From contig NZ_JAEDAM010000025.1 of assembly GCF_018420025.1 (NCBI RefSeq), positions 1 through 13,301 on the forward strand: DNA of 13,301 bases, in the 5' to 3' direction. Origin of the DNA: Candidatus Vampirococcus lugosii (GTDB taxonomy: Bacteria; Patescibacteriota; Gracilibacteria; Absconditabacterales; Absconditicoccaceae). Made by a program: the position numbers and the translations under genes. Shown here piece after piece: positions 1-8,034 of this stretch (its first letter is position 1; the number at the start of each line of letters is the position of its first letter). Below the pieces are notes generated by a model, which had not been told where the DNA came from, ran no database searches, and saw nothing but the letters and a program-made list of their open reading frames with translations.

Positions 1-445
1 TATCATATTCATCTATCAATATTACTACTTGTTTTCCTGTTTTTTCATATATTTTTTTTGCAAGTGTACCTATATTAAAACTTTTTGTAAAATCTTCTAA
101 ATTATATATTTTTCAATCATAAAATATTTCAAGCTTTTCATTTATAAATTCATTTACATCTTCAAATTCGTTATAACTTGCAAAACTCATATATACTACT
201 GGATTTGTTTCTTCAAAATTTCGTTTATCATAAATATATGTATTTTGGAATAATTCTTTTTCTCACATATACAAATATTTTATCATTGATAATGTCAATG
301 ATTTCCCAAATCTTCTTGGTCTAGACAAAAAATAATACCTATTACTTATCAATAAATTATGTATTGTTTTAGTTTTATCTATATAATATCATTTTTCATT
401 TATAAATGTTTTGAAATCTTGTGTTCATATCAATATTTTTTTCAT
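1..445 (-). CDS. AAA-ATPase-like protein (Pfam PF09820-type N-terminal domain; family usually ends in a PD-(D/E)XK PF08011 domain). Only the 5' part is present; the gene runs off the window at position 1
   Basis: Reverse-strand ORF from ATG (445-443), open to position 1, no in-frame TAA/TAG. With TGA=G it reads MKKILIGTQDFKTFINEKGYYIDKTKTIHNLLISNRYYFLSRPRRFGKSLTLSMIKYLYMGEKELF...GTLAKKIYEKTGKQVVILIDEYD. G.YY.DKT, YFLSRPRRFGKS (Walker-A-like) and VVILIDEYD (Walker-B-like) are the signature of the predicted AAA-ATPase family. Confidence 0.8.
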
Positions 446-514
446 TTCTTTAATTTTTTTAATTTTACTAAATCCTTTTCATTATATTTTTTTCTTTACC
501 AAAATCAACATCTT

Positions 515-532
515 TTCCCGCCCGGGCGGGAA
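515..532. terminator. Perfect 18-nt palindrome TTCCCGCCCGGGCGGGAA (14-nt all-G/C core) abutting the hsdS stop codon. Candidate stem-loop terminator or protein/recombinase binding site
   Basis: Read directly: cccgcccgggcggg at 517-530 equals its own reverse complement and is extended by tt/aa. It can fold as a 7-bp stem with a CCGG loop. It lies between the hsdS stop (533-535) and the downstream AAA-ATPase start (445). No clean U-tract follows on either strand, so the terminator role is uncertain. Confidence 0.4.
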
Positions 533-1792
533 TTAAACTTTAACTCTTACTTTGCCCGTCAATAAGTCCTTCATAAGTCATTTTTTAATATTTTCAAGTT
601 TATGTTTATATGCTTGTTCTTTTTCTATTTTTTCATCTGCATTTGATAAAATTTCTGCTATTTTTTGTTGTTCTTGAAGAGGAGGATTTTTTATTTTAAA
701 ATTTCTTAAAACATTTAATGGAACAAAATTTTGACTAGTTCATGATAAAATAGATTCAATATTTTTATTAAATAAAGAAGTATTTAAAAAATAATAAAAA
801 TATTTAGATTGAATCATATTTCAATTAAATCTAAAAATTCAAACATTTTTGACAGAAAAATTGATTTTATCATTTAAAATAATAACAGGATTTCAAATAG
901 TTCATATCATTCAAAATAATATATCATATTTTTTAACATAACTTCTTTTATTTATATTTAAATAGTCATTATATGATATATTATAGAAATCATCTAATTT
1001 TAATTTTCAATAATTTCATAAATTCTTTGATGTATATAATGGATATCAAAAAATTACTGGTTTAGGTGTATCATGTGTTCAATCAGTAATACTACTACAA
1101 ACTTCAATTGATTCTTTCACCTCCCAACTCTCTGGAATTTTCCCCAACTCACTATCTTTAAATTTTGTATGAGGTTTTCAAGTATTTATATCAATTCATT
1201 TTGTAAATAAATCTTCCATCAATCAAGTTTTGATTTTTTTGTATTTTTCTATCAAATCATCAGTTTTTTGTATAGCTTCATCTACTGTTGAAAGTATTTT
1301 TGCTATTTTTTGTTGTTCTTGAAATGATTGAGGAAAAGTAATAAAAATATTTTTTAAATCTCAGTTATTTATAGCTTCTTGAGTACTTCATTCAGCATAT
1401 AAATCTTTTTGTTTATTAAAATCATCTGACAATATAAATTGATAAAGATAATCAGAATTTATTGATGTATTTAATCATAAAAATCAAGTAGATAATATAT
1501 ATTTATTATATAGTTCATTATTAGCTTTTATTACTTTTAAAGTATATCTCATTTTAGCAAAATATATATTATCAATGATAGCTTGTATATTTGCTCTTGA
1601 AGGTCTTTTATTAAATGTAATATATTCTTCAAAAGAAATAATTTTATTTCATTGAATTGATGAAGTAGATAAATATTTTTTTTCTCAGTTAAAATTTATA
1701 ATTCAGCTTCATTGAATTTTAAAAAAGTTTTCATCTACAAGATTTGTTGTTTTCCACCCTTCAGGAATTTTCAAATTTTCTATATTAGTCAT
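533..1792 (-). CDS. hsdS: Type I restriction-modification system specificity subunit HsdS (full length, two target-recognition domains)
   Basis: Reverse-strand ORF from ATG 1792-1790 to TAA 535-533, 419 aa, no in-frame TAA/TAG. With TGA=G: MTNIENLKIPEGWKTTNLVDE...LSTGFLGL...AEGSTQEAINNGDLKNIFITFPQSFQEQQKIAKILSTVDEAIQKTDDLIEKYKKIKTGLMEDLFTKGI...ELGKIPESWEVKE...ITDGTHDTPKP...LFGMIGTIGNP...SGTSQNFVPLNVLRNFKIKNPPLQEQQKIAEILSNADEKIEKEQAYKHKLENIKKGLMKDLLTGKVRVKV*. This is the classic HsdS layout: TRD1, central conserved region, TRD2, C-terminal conserved region. Confidence 0.93.
656..678 (-). repeat. 23-nt direct repeat copy 1 inside hsdS (encodes QEQQKIA of the C-terminal conserved region)
   Basis: tgctattttttgttgttcttgaa at 656-678 is identical to 1301-1323. 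Confidence 0.85.
1301..1323 (-). repeat. 23-nt direct repeat copy 2 inside hsdS (encodes QEQQKIA of the central conserved region)
   Basis: Identical 23-mer to 656-678, 645 nt away. It matches the duplicated conserved spacers that flank HsdS target-recognition domains. Confidence 0.85.
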
Positions 1793-1992
1793 AATTTTAT
1801 TATTTTAAATAAAATAGTTATTATCCCCAAAAACAAACTTTTTTGCAAATATTTATTTTATATAATTTTTTATAATATATAAAAAAAATTTTATTTCAAT
1901 AAAAAAACTATTGTATAATTATAAATTACTTGAAATATTTAATAATATCTATATTATGATAGGTAAATTATTTAAATTTAACATAATTTTTT

Positions 1993-4020
1993 ATGAAAAA
2001 TATTCGTAATTTTTGTATTATAGCACATATTGATCATGGTAAATCTACTTTAGCTGATAGAATGCTTGAAATTACTTGAACAATAAAAAAATCTGATCAT
2101 TGACAAGTACTTGATAAGTTAGATCTTGAACAAGAAAGATGAATTACTATAAAATTAACTCCCGCTAGGATGCAATGGAAATGATATGAACTTAATTTAA
2201 TTGATACTCCATGACATGTTGATTTTCAATATGAAGTTAGTAGATCATTGTCTGGGGTAGAATGAGTAGTTTTACTAGTTGATGCAAGTCAATGAATTCA
2301 AGCTCAAACACTTAGTACATTATATATGGCATTAGATTACAATTTGGAAATAATTCCTGTTTTGAATAAAGTTGATTTACCAGCTGCTGATCCTGAAAGA
2401 GTTTGAAAAGAATTAGAAAATTTAATTTGAGTTGATCAAAATGATATAATAAAAATATCTGCAAAAACATGAGAAAATGTAGAATTAGTGCTTGATTCAA
2501 TAATAGATAAAATATTAAGTCCTGATGTTTTTTTGGATATATACAAAGATATGTATTATCATAAAATTGCTCCTGAAAAAATTAAAGATGACAATAATAT
2601 AACTAGAGCTTTAATATTTGATAGTGTATTTGATAGATATAAATGAGTTGTAGCTTATATAAAAGTTCTTAGTGGTTCCATAAAAGTATGAGATCATATA
2701 AAACTTTCTCATACCAAAATTTGATTAACTCCTACGGAAGTTGGGCATTTTGCTCCTGATTATGAAAAAGATAAAGAAATTAGAGAATGACAAATATGAT
2801 ATATTCTTACAGGTCAGAAATCTGTAAGAGATGCAAAAATTTGAGATACAATTATTAATATTCAAGATGATAAATTAAAAATTAAAGATTATGATTTATT
2901 ATTTGATAATAAAAAAATTCCACTTAAAGATCTTGCTATTCCTTGATTTAAGAGAATAAAACCTTTTGTATATTCATGAGTTTATCCTTTGAACACAAAT
3001 GATTATGAGAAATTAAGAGATAGTTTTGAGAAACTTACACTTAATGATAGTGCTATTGAATATGAATATGAAAATAGTTTAGCTTTGTGAAATTGATTTA
3101 GAGCTTGATTTTTGTGAACATTACATATGGATATTATTAGACAGAGATTGGAAAGAGAATATTGAATAGAAACAATATTTACAGTTCCTAATGTTATATA
3201 TCTTGTCAAACTTAAAGATTTAACCTTGGAAAAAGTAAAAACTTGAAATAATATATTGGAAATAGTAAAATCTTGATATCATAAATTTGTAATTGATGAT
3301 TTTGATGAAAGAGATTCAAATTTATCTGATGCCGAAATAGCTGATAAATATTTGGAACAATTAAAATACTGGATGATAATTAGATCAGGTAGTGAAATGC
3401 CAGAGCCTGGGAAAATAGAGTTAATATGGGAACCTATTTCAGAAGTAGAAATTGTTGGTCCACAAGATTATAGTGGTAATATAATGGATTTGGCACAAAA
3501 TCATAGATGAGTTTTGAAATGAATGGAATATATTGATAATGATAGAGTTTTGCGAAGATATAGAATTCCTTTGGCAGAAATAATAGTTGATTTTTATGAT
3601 ATATTAAAATCTACTACTAAATGATTTGCAACTATGAATTATGATTTTAAATGATATGAACAAAATGATTTAGCAAGAGTAGATATTTTGGTAAATAATG
3701 AAAGAATTGAAGCTTTTAGTTTAGTAACTCATAAAGATAAAGCTTATAATCTAGGCAAAAGTATAGTTTCCAAATTGAAAGAACATATTCCAAAACATTT
3801 GTTTGCTGTACCTATACAAGCTGCAATATGAACTAGAATAATAGCAAGAGAAACTATTCCTGCTATGAGAAAAGATGTAATAGCAAAATGTTATGGATGA
3901 GATGTTACTAGGAAAAGAAAACTTTTGGCAAAACAAAAAGAATGAAAAAAGAAAATGAAACAAATGTGATCTGTAAATGTGCCAAATGATATATTTATTA
4001 AAATGGTAAGTAGAAATTAA
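1993..4020 (+). CDS. lepA: Translation elongation factor 4 (LepA / EF4 GTPase), 675 aa
   Basis: ATG 1993 to TAA 4018-4020, with an in-frame TAA upstream at 1984 and no internal TAA/TAG. With TGA=G: [31 protein letters not shown]...LDLEQERGITIK...[18 protein letters not shown]...[18 protein letters not shown]...[13 protein letters not shown]...[28 protein letters not shown]...[28 protein letters not shown]...[58 protein letters not shown]1-G4 GTPase motifs and the LepA C-terminal domain are all present. By hand count there are about 33 in-frame TGA codons. Confidence 0.97.
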
Positions 4021-4210
4021 TTATATTAAAATTAGTTTATAATTTAAAATTTATTGTTTAATAATTTGATTAAATTAGGTTTAAAAATAATATTAAAATA
4101 TATCAAAATAATGATACATTTTTTTTGTGAATATTTTGTTTATATTTCAAAATATCTTTAGTACAAAAATACTTTTTGTAAATAATTTTATTTTTTAAAA
4201 ATAATAAAAA

Positions 4211-5203
4211 ATGAAAAAATGATTTAATTTATGATATATATTATTATGAATTATTATTTCATTTACATTTTTTTTGTTATTTTATTCTTATCAAAATTGA
4301 GATATTGTTTTTGAAAAAAAATTTGAAAATTCAAATTTGGAAAATACAGAATGAATTTTATATTTTTCTCCTACTTACGATCACGAACGATATTTAGATT
4401 ATATTGATGAAAATACTGAAAATTTATGGATTTATATTTATTCTTTTATTTATGATCCAATTATTGATAAATTTGATAAAATATCAAAAGATACAGATAT
4501 AAAAATTATTATAGAAAATAATAAGTTTAGACATAATGACAAAGATTATTTGCAATTAATTGAAAGATTCAAAAATAATTCAAATATTGAAATAAAAAAC
4601 GATGAGGATTTAGATATTAATTTTATGCATGCTAAAACTTTTTTGTTTGATGATAAATTTATAATACAAACAGCAAACTTAACTTATTCTGCATTTTTTA
4701 GATCATCAGAAATATTTTTTGTGTGATATAATAAAAATATTTTGAAATCATTAAAATATATTTTTGAACAAGATTGGAAATGAGAAAGTATAGATAAAGA
4801 TAAAATACATCCAAATCTTTTGGTTTGTAATATAAATTGTAGAGAAACTTTTGAAAATTATTTATCAAATGCTAAAACTAGTATTAAAATATTTAATCAA
4901 AGTCTTTCAGATCCTAATATAACAAATATATTGAACAATTTTGATTGAGATTTAAAAATTATTTTATCAGATAATGAATATAATTATTCAAATAAAGAAA
5001 TTTTTGATAATAATGAATTGCAATTTTTGGAACAAATATATTTACATGCAAAATCAGTTTTGATAGATGATAAATATTTGATAGTATGAAGCACTAATTT
5101 CACTACTAACTCAATTGACAATAATAGAGAAATTAATATAGTTATCATTAATAATGATTTAATTAATGATTTTAATAAAAATTTTTCTAAATATTGGAAA
5201 TAA
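4211..5203 (+). CDS. Phospholipase D / HKD-superfamily protein with two HKD motifs and an N-terminal transmembrane anchor (330 aa)
   Basis: ATG 4211 to TAA 5201-5203, no internal TAA/TAG. With TGA=G: MKKGFNLGYILLGIIISFTFFLLFYSYQNG... (hydrophobic N-terminal helix). First HKD: NFMHAKTFLFDDKFIIQTANLT (HxKxxxxD with a degenerate GSxN). Second HKD: LHAKSVLIDDKYLIVGSTNFTTNSIDNNRE (complete HxKxxxxDxxxxxxGSxN). Confidence 0.85.
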
Positions 5204-5313
5204 ATATTTAATTTAAAATAAGATTTGCGAAAAAATAAAAATATTTTTATATACTATACTCTCTTTTTTATATAAAAATTTAACTAATCTCGTAATTTTT
5301 ATATTTATATTCA

Positions 5314-5343
5314 TTGAAACAGTCTAGTATAAAAAAGTATAAT
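5314..5343 (+). promoter_or_regulatory. Candidate sigma70-type promoter (TTGAAA, 18-nt spacer, TATAAT) upstream of the receiver-domain gene
   Basis: TTGAAA at 5314-5319 and TATAAT at 5338-5343, about 83 nt upstream of ATG 5426. Hexamers like these arise easily by chance at this AT content, so support is weak. Confidence 0.3.
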
Positions 5344-5425
5344 TTTGTCTTGAAATATTAAGTATATTACTATATTATATAACACTAAATAAAAAAATTT
5401 AAATTAAATTAATATAAAATAAATA

Positions 5426-5761
5426 ATGCTAATATGATTAATAGATGACAAAGATTATTGAATAGAACAAATAAAAAAATCAGTTCCAAATAATATAAAA
5501 TATAAATTTAAACATTTTTTTAGTTACAAAGATGCTATCAAAGAAACTTTTGATATATTATTTTTGGACTATTATTTAGATAAAGATTGAGTAAAATGAA
5601 AAGAAGTAATCCAACTTATGGAAGCAAATATAATTATAGGATTTAGTTCTGTTCCTGAATGTAATAATATATTATTAATTAAAGGTGCAGATTATTGAAT
5701 TACTAAATTAAAATCAGATGATAATGAAGATTTAAATAAACTTATGAAAACAATATTATAA
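5426..5761 (+). CDS. Stand-alone CheY-like response-regulator receiver (REC) domain protein, 111 aa
   Basis: ATG 5426 (in-frame TAA two codons upstream, at 5420-5422) to TAA 5759-5761. With TGA=G: MLIGLIDDKDYGIEQIKKSVPNNIKYKFKHFFSYKDAIKETFDILFLDYYLDKDGVKGKEVIQLMEANIIIGFSSVPECNNILLIKGADYGITKLKSDDNEDLNKLMKTIL. Motif spacing follows REC: acidic pair (IDD), putative phospho-acceptor (DILFLDYYL..G), S/T position (IIGFSS), and GADYGITK with the conserved Lys. Called from motifs only. Confidence 0.6.
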
Positions 5762-5775
5762 TTTAATTTTAATGA

Positions 5776-5807
5776 AAAAAAGAAATATTTTATTATATTT
5801 CTTTTTT
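5776..5807. terminator. Candidate bidirectional stem-loop terminator between convergent genes
   Basis: aaaaaagaaatat (5776-5788), loop tttatt, atatttctttttt (5795-5807): a 13-bp perfect inverted repeat with A-run and T-run arms. It sits between the + strand REC stop (5761) and the - strand Cys-rich gene stop (5883). The stem is nearly all A:T, so stability is modest. Confidence 0.45.
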
Positions 5808-5882
5808 ATATTATTAAAAATGAATTATATACTACAATATTATTTATAAATAAAATTTTTTATCATAAATAAACAAAAAATG

Positions 5883-6461
5883 TTAATATTTTTGCACACA
5901 TTCATTATTTTCACACTTAATTTCACTAAAGATACAATCACATATCCTATCATCAAAACAACTTATATTATCTAATACAAATTTTTCATAAGATTTTATA
6001 TAATTCACATTCATAATTCTTCAACAACAATAATCATCAGCAATACCACAATCTGAATCAGTATCACAATAATTTATATTACCAAATTTTTTATTAATAA
6101 CATTTCAAATATTATTACATGATATTTCTGATAAATTATTTTTTTCATCTTCTATATTTTTTAGAACTCTAGAAACATTATTTTCTCATATTCAAGTTTC
6201 TAATTTTTCTAACAAAACAATAATTATAGCTTTATTTCTTTTATTTTCAGTAATATCATATATTTTATCTATATGATTTATATACGATATTACTTTTACA
6301 TCTGTTTTTGAAGTATTTATAATTATATTAGCAACTTCTTGAATTTTATTTCTTTTGACCTGTGATATTTTTTCTTCATACATAGTATTAGAATACATAG
6401 AATTAGAAGTTCATAATCATATGATTATTGAAAACAATCATAAAACAAATAACTTTTTCAT
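5883..6461 (-). CDS. Secreted hypothetical protein with a signal peptide and a Cys-rich C-terminal module (192 aa)
   Basis: Reverse ORF from ATG 6461-6459 to TAA 5885-5883, no internal TAA/TAG. With TGA=G: MKKLFVLGLFSIIIGLGTSNSMYSNTMYEEKISQVKRNK...EISCNNIGNVINKKFGNINYCDTDSDCGIADDYCCGRIMNVNYIKSYEKFVLDNISCFDDRICDCIFSEIKCENNECVQKY*. The N-terminus is signal-peptide-like, and there are 10 Cys in the last ~80 aa. The supplied 6192..6398 minus-strand ORF is an internal fragment of this gene. Confidence 0.7.
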
Positions 6462-6499
6462 ATTAAATTAAATTAAATTTATATAAAATATATAATTAT

Positions 6500-7894
6500 T
6501 TACAACAATTCATCAATTTTTATTCTTTTTTGTTGCATAGTATCTCTATCTCTAATAGTTACAGTTTGATCTTGTAAAGTTTGATTATCAATAGTAATAC
6601 AATAAGGAGTTCATATTTCATCTTGTCTACGATATCTTTTTCAGATATTTCAAGATTTATCAAATTCACAAACATATTTATCAGAAAGTTTTTCAAAAAA
6701 TTCTTTTCATTTATCCAACATTTCTTGATTTTTTTCCATCAAAGGAAGTATAGCATATTTTATTGGTGCTATATTGAAAGGGAATTTAATTACAATTCTA
6801 TTTTGCTCATTTCATTTTGGATCAATATATTTTTCTTCATTATAATAATTTGCCATCACAACAAAAGCAGTTCTATTAAGTCATATACTAGATTCTATAA
6901 CATAAGGAATATATCTAAATCAAGTTTTGGGATCAGAATATTGCATATCTACCCCACTATGTTTTTGATGATTTTTGAGATCATAATCAGTTCTATTATT
7001 CAAAGCTTGAATTTCTCACCAAGCCCAAGGAAATTTATATTCAAAATCATGAGTACAATCTGAATAATGTGCTGCTTCTTCTTTTGGTAATTCTCTAGCT
7101 TCTATTTTTTCTTTATCTATTCATAATATATCAGTCCACCATTTATAAAATTCATCTTTCCAATATTCATAAGAATCTTTTGCATCATCAGGATGTACAA
7201 AATATTCTATTTCCATTTGCTCAAATTCTCTCTGTCTATAAATAAATTGTCATGGTGTTATTTCATTACGAAAAGCTTTTCCTACTTGTGCAATACCAAA
7301 TGGAACTCTAACTCTCATAGTATTTAAAATATTTTTGTAATCAACAAAAATTCATTGACAAGTTTCTGGTCTAAGATATACTAAATTTTCATCATTATCA
7401 ATTACTCATTGATGAGTTTTGAACATAAGATTAAATTTTCTAATTTCTGTATAATCCAATGCTCAACATTTTGGACATATGATATTTTTTTCAATAATAT
7501 ATTCTGACAAATTTTCTGTTGGTGTTCACTCCCCTGCCCAATTTTTGGGAACTTGAGAATCATTAGATTTATTTATATATTCTTCTATTAATTTATCTGC
7601 TCTAAATCTATTTTTACATTTTTTACAATCCATAAGTGGATCATTAAAACCTGCCACATGTCAACTTGCTTGCCAAACTTTTTTATTCATAAGAATTTGA
7701 GTATCCAAAGCTATTATATCTTGTCTTTTATGAACAAATTCTTTCCACCAAAGATCTCTTATATTATTTTTAAGTTCTATTCAATAAGGTCAAAAATCCC
7801 ATGCATTTCCAAGTCATCAATAAATTTCACTACCAGGATATACAAATCATTTTCTTTTTGCCCATGAACTAATAGTATCAAGTTTAATTTCCAT
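6500..7894 (-). CDS. glyQS: Glycine--tRNA ligase (class II, homodimeric alpha2-type GlyRS), 464 aa
   Basis: Reverse ORF from ATG 7894-7892 to TAA 6502-6500, no internal TAA/TAG. With TGA=G: [53 protein letters not shown]...[17 protein letters not shown]...[11 protein letters not shown]...[34 protein letters not shown]...[10 protein letters not shown]...[51 protein letters not shown]. Class II motifs 2 and 3 and the C-terminal anticodon-binding domain are recognisable. EIYGG is encoded as gaa att tat TGA TGA. Confidence 0.95.
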
Positions 7895-8034
7895 AATAAT
7901 ATTTAATATTTTTATATATAATAAATATATACTTTATATATAAAATATATAAGTTTTCAAGATTAAGTTAATTTTTTATCTAATATTAATACAAGGATTT
8001 ATAAATTTTAGTCTACAAAGATAAATTTAATAAT

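Noticed and set aside
359-565. 68-aa + strand ORF spanning the GC palindrome
   Set aside because: It overlaps the 5' end of the AAA-ATPase-like gene and the 3' end of hsdS on the opposite strand. Its sequence is F/Y/I-rich nonsense with no independent support.
1891-1919. TATAAT at 1914-1919, preceded by TG, as the lepA promoter
   Set aside because: No acceptable -35 element lies at 16-18 nt spacing (TTCAAT is only 13 nt away). The TG is directly adjacent rather than in the extended -10 position. TATAAT-like hexamers are abundant in the intergenic AT-rich sequence, so this is not distinguishable from background.
1793-1992. tRNA, including a possible tRNA-Gly(UCA), or another structured RNA in the intergenic gaps (1793-1992, 4021-4210, 5204-5425, 7895-8034, 11890-12040)
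   Set aside because: None of the gaps contains the G/C-containing acceptor or T-arm features (such as GTTC-type motifs with complementary stems) needed for a cloverleaf. They are nearly pure A/T. A covariance-model scan is still the proper test.
4162-4180. Hairpin tacaaaaa-tac-tttttgta downstream of lepA as a terminator
   Set aside because: The stem is an 8-bp, nearly all-A:T stem about 140 nt past the lepA stop. Such AT palindromes are expected by chance in this composition. The same applies to the 11-bp A:T inverted repeat at 5243-5279 after the PLD gene.
6581-7063. 160-aa + strand ORF from the supplied track, the longest standard-code ORF
   Set aside because: It lies entirely antisense to the well-supported glyQS gene. 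Its translation is low-complexity F/I/S/N-rich text with no motifs. It is open only because the antisense of an AT-rich gene lacking TAA/TAG in one frame tends to stay open.
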